From assembly GCA_951406725.2 (NCBI GenBank), contig OX597814.1:97154001-97218000 (forward strand): a stretch of 64,000 nt of DNA, in the 5' to 3' direction. The stretch comes from Octopus vulgaris. Its lineage: Eukaryota. The notes beneath the pieces are model-generated. The model searched no databases, was not told the origin of the DNA, and saw nothing but the letters and a program-made list of their open reading frames with translations. Below are positions 40,691 through 53,969 of this stretch, piece by piece; positions within the stretch are counted from its first letter, which is position 1, and each line of letters opens with the position of its first letter. A program made the translations under genes and the position numbers.

Positions 40691-43199
40691 TACTCTCTCT
40701 CACTCACACACATACACACAATGGGATTCCTTCAGTTCCTTCTACCAAATTCACTCAAAAGGCCAGGGTCTATAGTAGAAGACACTAACCCAAGGTGCTG
40801 CACAGTGAGACTGAACCTAAAACCACATGGACAGGAATCACACTTCTCAGACACACAACTTTGCCTGCACTTCTAATATTGCTTTCAGTTTAAAGCAATA
40901 GTATAGAAAAAAAAGTGAAAAAGTGTTATTGTCCTGAGCAAAAACATTAAGCCACATTTGGTGGTGAGGCTCTGGTTTGGGAGTTCAGTTTTGGCAAGTA
41001 TGGAGTTACGCTTTAGTCACCACTACTCAGTTATGCTCTGCCACGGGGTGGTAGTACATGTCAAGGGCCCCAGTTAAGGATAAAACAGAAGGTAGTTCCG
41101 TGGCTAAAGCAGCCAGAACTCAGAAGAGGTCTGGCCTCTAGTTATGTTTCACACAGGTCTATTTTGTGTACTCACAATATCACATGAATCTGTCTCCTTG
41201 CCTAAGGATAGGATAAAGTAAGCCTTGATTCTCAAAGATATGCTTGGGAGAGCAGGAGGCTAATAAAGAAACTTATATAATCAGACAGAAGATACATAGA
41301 AACCACAGCTGTAGCTTTCCTATGAAAAATGCTGACTTTTGGCATGGAGGTTTATGATGGCAGTCTGTAGGCATGACATATTCATCAACATTTGACATCC
41401 ACTTTCCCATGCTTGCACGGGTCAAATGAAATTTATTGAGGCAGATTTTCTATGGCCCAATGCCCTTCCTGTCGCCAACCCTCACCAGTTTCCAAGCAAG
41501 GTAATATTTCCCATGGTCAGATTTGTTTTACATGAAGGACTGGAAATGAACAACACACTAATCTACAACCATCATGTTATATCAAGACAAGCGTATACAC
41601 AAACACATACACAAATACCTACATACAGTGGGCTTCTTTCAGATTCTGTCCACATGGGTCTATAGTCGATGACACCCAAGGTGCTGCACAGTTGGGAAGC
41701 AAGCCTCTTAGCCATACAACCATGCTTACACACATGAAGATAGATACTATTAGCAACAGAAATATCTCAAGTGCTGTGAAATGCTTTGATACCACTGTGG
41801 ATTTATGTATTGCAGCAGTGAGCAAACCTACTAGAAATAGTATCTAAATTTTTTTTCAATCCGTACTCCACTATTTTAATAACTGGATCATAATGAGTAA
41901 AGCTAATCTGAGTGAACTAGCTTATTTATAGATTTTAAATATTCCATGAGGGAGTTTTTTCTGTTAATTCCAAGTGCTTCAGCAATAGAATGCCTTTTGA
42001 TCACAGGTCTGCTCAACTAGAGACAATTTGGGACAAAGCAAAAAACTGACACAAGGTGGATGAAAACTTATGAAGTTCAGTTCTTGCAGGGCTTTTATGC
42101 TTTAATCAAAGAAAGAAAGGTGGTGCTCATGACTTTTTACATGGCCTTCAAGACTGGTTGAAGAAGGAACTTATTCTCAGAACAATAATATACTTTAAAT
42201 GTTTGCAACAGAGTAGACTACACTAAATTAACGTAAGCCAGGAGGCAGTGTTTGACATAATGTGAGGGGTTGAACAATAGAAATAGATCTTGAGAGTGGC
42301 TAGGGATGGAAAGGCTTTGCATTAAATTATATTCACCATCATAACATTCACTTCTCTACGTTTGCATGGGTTGGACAGACTTTATTGAGGCAGAACTTCT
42401 ATGGCTGGATGCTCTACCTGTTTCCAAGCAAGGTATATTTCCCCATAGTCAGACATGTTTTTGTAGAACACTGGAAATGAATGGCACTACTTGTATCACA
42501 GGGACACTCATTTATAACTATCACACAATGTCAAGACAAAGAGACACAAACATACAGCATACATATGATGGGCTTCTTTCAGTTTCCATCTACGAAATCC
42601 ACTCACAAGGCTGTGGTTATCCCAGAGCTACAGTAAAAGACACTCAACAAAGATGCTATATAGTAGAACTGAACCTGAAACTTTGTGACTGGGAAGCCAT
42701 GCGTGCATATTATGTAAATAACAGCAAAGGCTGAAATTAAAAAAAAAAAAACCTTGTTCGATATATTACAAACAAAACTTCTAAAGGTAACATTTGTACA
42801 AGAGTAGGCAGAAAGAGCTTTGTACAAGACAGCATTTTTGTTTAAATCATCAAATATTTATTATTCTTCACTATCAACATTAGAATACCAAGCAGTCATT
42901 TTTGATCCATTTCAATTTTCAATACACAAAGCATAAAAAAGCATACATAAGCACACAAAAGTTAGCAAGTGGGGCTTTCCTGACTTTTGGAACTGTTCTT
43001 TTGATGAATTTTATTATTTGATATTTCATGTAGTTTTTTTTAGGATTTGCACACCTATCCAGAAAAACCATGCAGTTAAAAATGGTCCCTAATGTGAATG
43101 CCTGTGTCGAGTCACTTATAGAAAATGTGATTATGAAGCATATTTCAAACTCTTCCTAAGATAGCTTCTGGAAATCAGAATGACTGCAAGAAAATGACA

Positions 43200-43325
43200 A
43201 GGACAGACACTCCATAACTGGCCCTCTCCTAAAACAACAGTAACATTGCCAGATGGACAAGTGTAGGAATAAGTCTCACTTCATTTGTCAGACATTCAAT
43301 AAAGCATGTTTTTGTGCTCACATAA
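43200..43325 (+). pseudogene. Possible piggyBac transposase C-terminal Cys-rich remnant
   Basis: HCQMDKCRNKSHFICQTFNKACFCAH resembles the piggyBac cysteine-rich domain. No catalytic region recognised. Confidence 0.3.
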
Positions 43326-44942
43326 GAGTGAAAATTGAACTAATAAAAAGTGCATCAAATGCACATGAATAGTGAATGCCTTGAACAGATTTTTATTGAT
43401 TTTAAGAAGTTACAATGTTTACACCATACATTCAGAATAAATTTCATGTGAGATTTTTTTCATGAGTGCAAGCTGCTTCCTTGAATTTAAGTAGTCATGA
43501 ATTATAATGCCAAATGACAGCAAACTGTAAAATAATAAGGTAGAATTGAAGAATAACAATCCCATGGTAAAAAAGAAAAATCTTAACCCTTTAGTGTTAA
43601 AATTACTGTTGAATGTAAAGCTTATTTATTCATATTGTTTTGAATTAGTCATGTATCATCTCATAAATTTGAGATCTTGATGATGTTATTGTCTATATTT
43701 AGAATGATATTGTAGGTGGGTAGGAGTGAGAGTCTAGATCTGGGCAGTTTGAACATAAAACAGGCAACATATTTGGGCCAGATATGGCCAGTTTAAATGC
43801 TGAAGGATTAAGGATTATATGGAAAAAATATATTTTAAGAGGTTAGGAGTGGCTCCTTGGTTCCTCTAGATAGCAAAAACATATCTGGAACTTCTAGTGT
43901 TAAATAAATATTTTGTATATAATATCAATTTCATTATTAACTAAATACTATGCAAAAAAAAACCTAACCACTCATAATTGAATGTTTCTTGCAATTATCA
44001 ATAGTAATAATGGAAAACTTTACCAAATTGATATCAATTAATGCCATGCTATCTAATAGCTCTAGAATAATAACAGAATTCATATGTGTGACATTTGTAC
44101 AATGCAATGACCCAATTGCTATTGAGAAATATGCTAATTGCTTTTGTTTATGTGTAAACCATTACCATGAAGTGGATACAAAAAGAGTAAATTCGTGTAA
44201 ATATGTGCCACTTTCTAATGAATAAATGACACGACTATTATAAATATTTATCAGTGATAAAATAACAGCTATCAATATAAACCATTACTTTTAAGATTCT
44301 TCAAAATTTTTTTTGAAAAACAAAGATGTTTTGTAAACAACTTGCACATGCTAGTGCTACCAGTTGAGAACTCCACATATCGGAAGCCAGCAAGTGTCTG
44401 GGGTCATCAGGTGAGAATGCGCACCGTTTTGGGGCCTACCTCTCGAAGGCATCAATGCGCACCAGCCACCCCGCTCGCTGATATGAATTTAGTAACAATG
44501 TAAAATCATTATTTAAGTTAATGTATTCAATAAACAAATAGTACATTATGAAAGAAAAAAATTTTCATTTGCATCCTTAAATCAAAAATAAACTTTAAAT
44601 ACTTCAGTAAATAAATACACACAGCTGATTGTTTCCTAGTATTTCCATTGGAACTATAGATTGGAAACTTGTGATCTCTGATGTAGGTTTATATATTGTT
44701 ATGCATCTAATTGAGGCATAGCAATATATACAAAACAAAAGGGCGGTGAACTGGTGAACTCCTCAGAGAATTAGTAGAACTTGGTTCTGGCTTTTTACAT
44801 TCTAAGTTCAAGTCCTGCCCAAGATGACTCTATCTTTCATTTATTCAGCATCAATGAAAAACAGCAAGAGTCAAATAGTGGGATTGATGGTATCAACTTA
44901 AACTTCATCCTTTAAAACAGCTGGCCTTGTACCTGACAGAAA

Positions 44943-44996
<54 letters not shown>

Positions 44997-45104
44997 TATA
45001 TATATAACGGGAAGCTTTATGAAAATAAACAAAAGACGAAGGCAGGTGGAATACAAACAAACAATTGTATTAAGTATGGCGCTCAGGAATATAAATAAAA
45101 CAAG

Positions 45105-45142
45105 TCTTTTACGTTTCGAGCCTACGCTCTTCAACAGAAAGA
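45105..45142 (-). ncRNA. Minimal type I hammerhead-like motif with variant core CUGUUGA, in a ~200-bp Penelope-like fragment (45005-45210)
   Basis: UCUUU CUGUUGA a GAGC guag GCUC GAAA CG UA AAAGA. Perfect stem I (5 bp) and stem II (4 bp), with palindromic ACGU in place of stem III. Confidence 0.7.
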
Positions 45143-45302
45143 TACACAGAAAAGAAACACGGAGAGAAACAAGAAAAAAAATGCGTGCAGAAGCTAGCGA
45201 ATCAACAAAAAATATATTATATTATAGGAAAAAGCAAAACTGAGGCAGAATGAGTATCTCAGGTTATTTATAATAATTTAATTAGGGTAAGGTGAATTTG
45301 AA

Positions 45303-45361
45303 GTCTTACAGCCATTTCTGGGTTAGCATGTCCATGTGCTGGGTATTCCATCATCAGAGAC
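45303..45361 (-). ncRNA. Type I hammerhead ribozyme motif with intact CUGAUGA/GAAA core
   Basis: GUCU CUGAUGA UGG...CCA GAAA UGGCUG UA AGAC. Stem I is GUCU/AGAC. UGGCUG could be CpG-decayed palindromic CGGCCG. Confidence 0.75.
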
Positions 45362-45462
45362 AAGGTATGAATATTTTAGACAGGGAAAATTTACAGTTTA
45401 CAAGGAATAAAATATATTCACAGTTTATAAGGAATATCCAGAGGATATGGGTATCCTCTGGT

Positions 45463-45538
45463 GTCTCTAATGATGGAATAACCAGTGTGTGGAGATGCTC
45501 ACCTACCACTTGGGTCATCCCAGAAATGGTTTTAAGAC
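45463..45538 (+). ncRNA. Type I hammerhead motif, decayed (CUAAUGA)
   Basis: GUCU CUAAUGA UGG...CCA GAAA UGGUUU UA AGAC. Inverted sister of 45303-45361. Confidence 0.6.
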
Positions 45539-45811
45539 TTCAAAATTCACCTTACTCTAATTAAATTATTCTAGATGACTTGAGATACTTGTTCTACCTT
45601 GGTTTTGCTTTTTCCTCTAATATATATATACCTGCTATAATGGAACTCTAATACGGATCCCTAGATCCTGTCTCCAAGTTGTGAATTTGGAACCAAATGG
45701 ATGACCAACTATAGCACTTACTCAGTGTACCTATTCGTTTTAATCACGTCACAAGTAAACTAAACCCCCTCATATTTTCTCTCTCTCTCTCTCTCCATAT
45801 ATATATATATA

Positions 45812-46111
45812 TCACCGTGACCGACCAGGCTATCAGATGTAGTTACACATCGCTGGTCACAATGCGTTCGCATTGTTTTAGCCTTCAAATGACGCCACCC
45901 CGCTGGCTAAGCGAGCAGGCCAACAGAAGAAAGAGTGAGAGAAAGTTGTGGTGAAGGAGTACAGCAGGGATCACCACCCCCTGCCAGAGCCTTGTGGAGC
46001 TTTTAGGTGTTTTTGCTCAATAAACATTCACAACGCCCGGTCTAGGAATCGAAACCGCGATCCTACGACTGCGAGTCCACTGCCCTAACCACTAGGCCAT
46101 TGCGCCTCCAC
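45812..46111 (-). mobile_element. tRNA-derived SINE family D
   Basis: Head GGCGCAATGGCCTAGTGGTTAGGGC...GGTTTCGATTCC. Shares its 3' part with 50735-51000. Related tRNA-headed SINEs at ~16520-16865(-) and 29400-29680(+). Confidence 0.8.
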
Positions 46112-46113
46112 AC

Positions 46114-46152
<39 letters not shown>

Positions 46153-46249
46153 AAGCAGTATTAGTTTCAGCTAGTCATGAGTCTATCATTTACACATTTA
46201 TTTATTCAAATGTAATCATCTTAATGATTCAGTTTGATATGCTGATAAG

Positions 46250-46660
46250 GGATAGCCAGGTCTGCTTTACAAGAATGACTCCACTTACTGTCATCTTTTG
46301 TTATTTAGTACTTGACTTCAACATTCTAGGTCTAATCTCACATCTTCCAACAGTTGGTTACACATTCTTGTTTCAATAGGCCATATCTTCCAAATTTCAG
46401 TTACATACAACATAGCATATTTTACAGGATAAACAGTCAAAGAAAGCCTTATGAAAAAAATCTCTAACCTGCTAATGTCAGTTTCAGTAGGAATGAACTT
46501 CTCAGTTGAAGGAAGTAAGAGTTTCAAAAATGTCTTTGTGAACTGTACTTCTAAATCAATGATCCAAATATAATTTTTATTATTTGTTGCATCAATCACA
46601 ACCTTTGTTCCTAGCAAGCTCATTCCCTTAGCTAAGTTAACTAATATCAACCTTAAATGA
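46250..46660 (-). pseudogene. RTE-clade LINE reverse-transcriptase C-terminal remnant
   Basis: ORF 46318-46698 contains ...VKYAMLYVTEIW...ETRMC...VRLDLEC, resembling RTE 'VRSAMLYGSETW...E.RM.RWMC.VRL'. Confidence 0.5.
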
Positions 46661-46759
46661 TGAAATATCCTAAACATCACAACAGGTTTTTCATACACTT
46701 TATATTTTTCTATTTCATTTCATGCTCCATTACAAAAGGAAAGTTTCATCTCATGCTTT

Positions 46760-48200
46760 CAATTGAATGAGTGCTACCTAAAACACCTGAAGAGGACCAT
46801 CAAGAAAATGAAGCTTTAATGCATAGCATTGCTAGGACCATCAGGAAAAGCAGAAGATGCTTTGCTATACTTTGCTATATCACCCAGTCAATAAGCCCCT
46901 TCCTATCTGATACTCCTCAACAAAAACGGCTTTGTAATATATCTGCCGATAAAGCCACTTCATTTGCTTCAAACTTCACACATACACATCATAAAGTGGG
47001 CAAATATTTATCTGTTTATTCATTATGCTGAGTGTCTTTTCTATCATGTTCAAAGTAGATGCTAGAGGTTATCTCCAAGCCTCACTACACTCCTCTTCAA
47101 TCTGTTTCTTTCTACAAAGATTTATCACAATATTAAATCACACTGCACTGTCTTATTCCCAAGAGAAGAAAACCACCAACACTTCCAGCTTATCAAAGGT
47201 GTTGGAAACCACTGCAAACAACCACCTCTTTCTCTCTCTCTTCAGCAACTACATATACAGTTTCAGAGTGAGAGTGGGACTTGCTCAACCACACCACCTA
47301 GCAGCAATCAATTTTGCCCTTAAAAATCAACAAAATCAATTACAAGAGCAGTCATGAGAACATCTTGGCAAAGTTGCCTGCATATGGACTATCACTCCCT
47401 TATTTCATGCACTGTCTGTCTGATACATCACACTATGCTCTGATGGGGATATATGCAACTCATCCTGTATCAACTGTAGTGCATACATAGTTCAGTTATG
47501 TCCATAGGCTTTTCCTCCAGTAAATTAAGATCTTCTCACAGTGACTTCTAACAATATACACTCACATTTTACTTTTCGCTAAGAGAGCTTAGGTAGCACC
47601 TATAACTCAAAGTGCTAAAAATACCAGCTAAACCATCAAATCTCACCCAATATTTAGAGAAATACAATGACAGCTGAGCTGGGACTAAACAGCAACAAAA
47701 ATATTTTCCCATAAATATTCCATGTAATACTCTTGCACCCCACTCTCCCATGATCAATATACAACAATACCTGCTGCTTTACACACACACAAACATCCTA
47801 GAAAGCATCTCTATAAGGCTATTTAGATTGGATAAAGGGCAAAAACAAACTTTCCAAACAACCCTACAAATATAATAGCAAAAATTGCTTCATTAAGGTC
47901 AGAACATATTTTTCAACTTTTATCAGTTGCTGACACCTCTTTCAAAGCTCAGTAAGACTTACAATGTTATACAGCTCCCATATCTGGGACTCTACTATCA
48001 AAACATACCAACTATCTAGACTGCATCCAAAAGAAGGCTGATTAGCAATAACCCTTTTGCTAACATACAATTTCAAACCTACAGCCATTCTGGTCTCCTC
48101 ACCTTGTCTAATCTATTGCTATCACAACAGTCTCTGCTCCTTCTGAAGTTCCTTTCCTTCCCATTCAAGATGAACATTAGCTGTATCAGTCACACCAATA
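46760..48200 (+). pseudogene. CR1/L2-group LINE ORF2 remnant
   Basis: Degenerate blocks SLSKVLETTANNHL, HENILAKLPAYGL, DLLTVTSNNIHS (just before the FADD position), LDCIQKKA and CYHNSLCS, in the expected order. Confidence 0.7.
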
Positions 48201-48807
48201 ATACAGAGCCTGCAAAATTTTAAGAAACTGTTTTTCTTCCTGACAAAGCCATATGTTTTACTGTCTCCTGGCCTTCACTTCACATGATAGATGTAAATGA
48301 ACATCACCACCATACAAGCAGTGTCTTTTGCTTCCAATCGTTCTTGAAAAGTTGCCTGGTCATGAGGAAATATTACCTTGCTTGGAAACAGGTGAGGGTC
48401 AGTGACAGGAAAGACAGTTTATCAACAAATTCCATATGATCCATGCAAGCATGGAAAAGTGGACATTAAAACAAAATTATCATCATTTAATGTCCGTTTT
48501 CCATGCTGGCAAAAGATAGCTTTCTTTTGGATGCAGGAGCTGGCAAACAAGAGTATTGTGCCATACACACACAAATTTAATACACAATATATGGATTTAT
48601 CTAATCCAGCGGTAATCACAAAAAAAGCTCCTTTAGTAGACCAGGCAACAAACCACACAGTCAACTGATACATAGTAGTGTAATGTAGAGTTCTATGCAG
48701 TTGAAATCCAGTAAATCAAATCAGTGTTATGAATATCTACTGGTGAAATAAACATTCATCTCATACCTCCTGACTTTCTTCATATTCTCTCTCTCTCTCT
48801 TTATACA

Positions 48808-48843
<36 letters not shown>

Positions 48844-48859
48844 TATATAAATTAAAAAA

Positions 48860-49140
48860 GCTGCTCACCAACTTAATTACACATACTGACTCGCAGATAA
48901 GCTGTTTCTTCTCTCTCTGCATCTATTGTTACTACACTGGCCTCTACTACTCTAAACTTGAAAACCACAAACAAACCTCCACTTCTCATATCTCATCTCT
49001 CACTCTAGACATTCTCACAGAAAACTGGAATGCTCTCCCAGATCTCACTCTAGGCATTCTTACAGAAAACTGGAATGCCTTCCTTGCCTTTGCTGTAGAT
49101 GCTGACCTACAGATTTTCTAACAAAACATCAAACACTTTA
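48860..49140 (+). mobile_element. LINE (CR1/L2-group) 3' end fragment with an internal ~37-bp tandem duplication
   Basis: Remnants resembling YCYYTGL and WNALP. tctcactctagRcattctYacagaaaactggaatgc occurs twice (~48997 and ~49042). Confidence 0.5.
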
Positions 49141-49314
49141 AACTAAGAGGAGTAATAAAGTTTATGACCACTATCCTCTTTCCTGTAACTAATAAAACAG
49201 AAAACACCAATATGGTTTTGCCCAAATACATTTCATTTAAACTTTGTGCTTACACTTGTTTATCTAAAGTTATTTGGAATCAGTTGACATAAACAGAGGA
49301 ATATATATATATAT

Positions 49315-49627
49315 TACGTAAAAAGCACTATCCGACTCGTGGCCGATGCCAGCGCCGCTTTGAATGGCTTCCGTGCCGGTGGCACGTAAAATACACCAAT
49401 CCGACTGTGGCCGTTGCCAGCCTCGCCTGGCACCTGTGCAGGTGGCACGTAAAAAGCACCCACTACACTCACGGAGTGGTTGGCGTTAGGAAGGGCATCC
49501 AGCTGTAGAAACATTGCCAGATAAGACTGGAGCCTGGTGCAGCCTTCTGGCTTCCCAGATCCCCGGTCGAACCGTCCAACCCATGCTAGCATGGAGAACG
49601 GACGTTAAACGATGATGATGATGATGA
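49315..49627 (+). mobile_element. Repeat family B (RTE-like 3' tail / SINE ending in (GAT)n), young copy
   Basis: Internal repeats of (ggtggc)acgtaaaaagcac, core gttggcgttaggaagggcatccagctgtagaaac, and tail gacgttaaacgatgatgatg. Other copies at ~860-1030(-), 4370-4590(-), 13560-13850, 30060-30330, 32090-32260(-), 34890-35125, 38330-38650 and 51435-51580(-). Confidence 0.85.
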
Positions 49628-52424
49628 TATATATATAAAGAACAGTTGTAACTTGTATTTAAGATATCATTAAATAGAATAAAAAAAACTTGTAAATTGT
49701 AGTGTGTAAAAAATATCTTTCTATTAACAGATACATTTTATAGCACACAACAGTTTATGTTCAACATTTTGTTGAATTTAAGTTCATGAGTATTTTAAAT
49801 GCAAACAGCATTCAAGTAATCTGAATGTAAAACTTTAACAGAATTCAGATATTCACTTCCTATAGCTCAAAAGGATATGAGTCACATCAGTTATAAAATG
49901 AACCAGGATTGCTCAACCTATCAGAAATATTAACCAAGTTTCCCTCAAACTGTCCATTTTACCCATTACTTTGAATAATGTTAGGCCAAATACCACTAAA
50001 AATGATCAAGACTGAAATGCCTTTTATCGGGGGTAAACAACAACCCGGGGTTAAAAAATAACAGGAACCAAATATATTTTCCTAATGCTAGAGCTGAAGA
50101 GGAAGCCTCTATATGAACAATCGATCTGTTAGAAATAACAGTCAAATACCCTCAAATCCAATCCAACTCTCTGAAAGAAAGACATGAAATACCTTTGATC
50201 AGAGGTTTACACAATCTGGGTTGAGATGGGGTTAATCAACAATAACAATTAGTTCATAATATTTTAATGTTTTGAAAACACAATGGAAAATGTGTTATAC
50301 ACTTTAAATCAAGACAAAATGATATTGGCTGGAACATGTCTGCTCAATCAGATGTAGCCTGGGGTTAAACAACAACAAAATTCAAATTGATCTGAACCAT
50401 CTTCACATTCTCTGTTATTAGTTTTCATAATTAATAATTAGTAAATAACTGAGATAGTTAAATAAAGTGACTACACATCAGGGACGTATTTCTGGGTGTG
50501 CTGTATATCCACTGAAGACAGCCATATTACCATAAATAAGCTTACTCAATACTATAATGAAGGATCTAATCCTGTTTATATTGTGGTAGTAATTTTTAGA
50601 TAGCACTGCTCACCTAGTTGTATCATGCCCTGGCACTATCAGAAAATGGGACAGTGACAAAATAAAGTATCATGCAACAAACTCCTAGCCCTTGGGTCAC
50701 TTTTTAACTGTTGCTGATTAAAAATAATGTAGCACTGTATCAGCCAGACTACCAGATGTTATACACCGCTGGTCACAATGCACATCCTTGTGTTGTAGTA
50801 GCTTTTGAATGATGCCATCCTGCTGGGCAGGCCAACATTCCCCTTTGAATAAAATGCCTGTCTGTTGCAGGGTTACAGCTGAGTAGACTGGAGCAATGTG
50901 AAATGAAGTGTTTTGCTTAAGAACACAATGTACTGCCAGCCTAGGAAATGAAACCATTATCTTGCAATTATGAATGCAATGCCCTAACCATGAGGTCCTG
51001 TGTCTTTACTATACACATACACACACACACACTTGTTTTGGGTTCTAGTTATCCTGTTTGTACTATCACAACTGACCTAAGGGTCAGTGACAATCCACCA
51101 GCATATCCCAGTTTTTATTTTTATGGGGAGACACATTCTTTTCTTTTCATTCTTTTACCTGTTCCAGTCATTGCTGTTATGTTGAAGCACCACCTTGAAG
51201 GGCTTAGTTGATCTACCAACTTCAATCAAAAGCATTGGGGTAGCCCTGTGTTGGAGTAGAAGACACTCAAAATGTCATGCAGAGGGACTGAACCGAAATC
51301 CCATGATTGTGAAATGAGTTTCTTAACCACATAGATATGAATGTATGTAAGTATGTATGTATGTACAGTCATTGAAAATTCTTTAAGTGATTTTCTTGCT
51401 GTATAATCTGTTTTCTAATTTAATATGATACACCATCATCATTGTTTAACAATCTGCCTTCCATGCTGGCGTGAGTTGACGATTTGACAGGAGCTGACCA
51501 TGCAGGAGCATGCATCAGACTTGTGTGTCTGTTTTGGCAGTTTTTACAGTTGGATGCCCTTCCTAACACCAACCACCCAGCAGAGATACCCAGAAATAAA
51601 GATTAAGTGGGAAGTTTGGGGCTGTTGATGTAACAATTATCTGCTGTTGTTTTCAGTAACCAACAGGAATAGTTTAGCTTGGTAAGTTGTGTTGAACTGC
51701 TCACCCAGTTTTATGATTTCCTTGATTAAAGTAGCCTCTGTTTCCTCTTCAATGAAAATTACAGAATAAAAAAATGCACTAATGCAATTGAAACAAAGAG
51801 GCTCAGTGTGTGATATAATCAAAGAATTACAAGTGACTTATTCCTTTTCTTTTTTACTTGGTTCAGGAATTGGACTGTGGCCATGCTGGAGCACCACCTT
51901 GGAAAAGGTATCTTAGTGCTTCCGTTATTTTTAAATGTATGCATAACCAAAAGCTCAGTTTATGCATGACAATTCTATTTGCAATCTGTGCTATTTATAG
52001 AAAAAGACTAATGTTTTTATTGGTGGGGGAGGTTAGAGCAGAGTCAGGTTGAGTACTAGATAGCTCAGTGCACACACTATGATAACCACACACCACTGCT
52101 GCACACACGTGTACCATTACCATTCTTCTAAAAGAAAACATAATTCAAATGGGTTAATAAGTTTAAGCCTCATCATTAGCATTCCTTCTGATTCAGAGAT
52201 TACATCAAATATATTTTGTTTCCTTCCCAGACAGTAACGAATGCCTATGTCTATATCTTTATAAGATGACAGAACAAAGGGTGCATGAGACAATATAATT
52301 ATCCTGAAAATAGTCTGTATTCATTCTAAACCACTAAAATCTAAAAATTAGCTTCTTAGTCATAGCCGTTATTGAAATATTGCTAAGATAAGCATATGCT
52401 AACGTTAAACTAATAAACGCCCAT

Positions 52425-52427
<3 letters not shown>

Positions 52428-52487
<60 letters not shown>
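52428..52487. repeat. (GA)n microsatellite
   Basis: Directly visible. Confidence 0.98.
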
Positions 52488-52490
<3 letters not shown>

Positions 52491-53403
52491 TATGAAGAGA
52501 AATATTGTTTTGATAACACTCATAAATTTACAATGATGTGAAGTTAACAATAGAATTCCATCAACTTTCAATAAATATTTCTGATAGATTCATTGGGAAA
52601 TACAAACGCTTTCATTTTATCAAGAATATGAAACGAAATCTCAGTTACTCGCTTTCTTTTCGACATCAATTTTTAAAAATTCTTTATCATTTACGATTAT
52701 TTTTCGTGCTTTACGTTTTTAGAGGGATGTTTTCATAACTCTAAAGTGCACGAGCCTACGAGGCTTCTACCTATTCACCCGAGCTGTTATAAATAGCAGC
52801 CAAATCTTGTTCAAACCATGCCTCAAGTATTATAGAGATTTCAAATTTCACCTTTAATTAATGTAATCTAAGACAAACTACTGCCAAGGCAAAAAAAAAA
52901 AAAAAGGATGGTCACAGGTGAAATACTCAATACAGAGTCCTGAATACCGAACTACGTTAACCAAGGGTTAAATAACCCCCAAACTAATTGTTAACATGTC
53001 AGATCGCGTATTCTTTATCTCCACCGAAATATCCTAGTTACCAAAAGTAAATAAGGACAATTTAAAAGAACTTCAACAAATGTTAACATAAGATAATCTT
53101 GTAAAGTAAATACCCAAACATGAATACACACAAAATTTATTTTGAATACCATACGTAAACGAAAATCTGCAAACATTTTACTGAAACTGTTTCCAAAGAC
53201 TTATTCTGTTTTTGCAATATCCTATTATTCCAAAAGAAAACAACAAGCATTCGTGTAATTCACATTTTATGTGAAAGGCATGCAACATATTTTTAAGAAA
53301 CTTATCACACACAAAAAAGCAATATATATATACACACACACACGTTAACAAATATATATATATAATTCAAACATTCTGACCACTCGCATAAACAGCATTA
53401 TTT

Positions 53404-53461
53404 TAGATAGATAGATGGCTAGATAGCTAGAAAGATAGATAGATAGGTGGATAGATAAATG

Positions 53462-53520
<59 letters not shown>

Positions 53521-53649
53521 GGACGGATAGATAAATGGATAGATAGATAGATAGATAAATGGATAGATAGATAGATGGACGGATAGATAAATGGATAGAT
53601 AGATAAATGGATAGAAAGATAGATAGATAGATGGACGGATAGATAAATG

Positions 53650-53692
<43 letters not shown>
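53404..53692. repeat. (GATA)n microsatellite with GGAT/GGAC variants
   Basis: Directly visible. Confidence 0.97.
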
Positions 53693-53693
<1 letters not shown>

Positions 53694-53969
53694 CAGACAC
53701 TGGGTTGGTGGTGAACGTTTGTTTACAAACGGACCAAAAAAGCACTCAATACACAAAAGTAAAATATAATTATTAGAAGCACAAGCATTTTCAATCATCC
53801 TTCAGTCTGTTCAAATTATAAGAAACAAACGGTCAAGAAGCTTCAGCTACTTATATATATATTTCAAGGATATAAATACCTCTTGAAGAGATGTCAGCAT
53901 ACAAGTTCTTTTTCTTATATATTTATAATAATAAAGCACAATATATTTATAACATTGACCAGAACTTAC

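Larger units (their letters stand above)
45213..45630. mobile_element. Second fold-back element with inverted hammerhead-bearing arms (Penelope pseudo-LTR-like)
   Basis: Arms ~45213-45362 and ~45462-45630 are imperfect reverse complements around a ~100-bp spacer. The spacer ends in a perfect hairpin CCAGAGGATA-tggg-TATCCTCTGG (45438-45461). Flanked by TA-rich sequence. Confidence 0.8.

Noticed and set aside
50485-50525. GAAATACGTC / CTGAAGA hammerhead half-motifs
   Set aside because: The halves are on opposite strands and give no complete topology.
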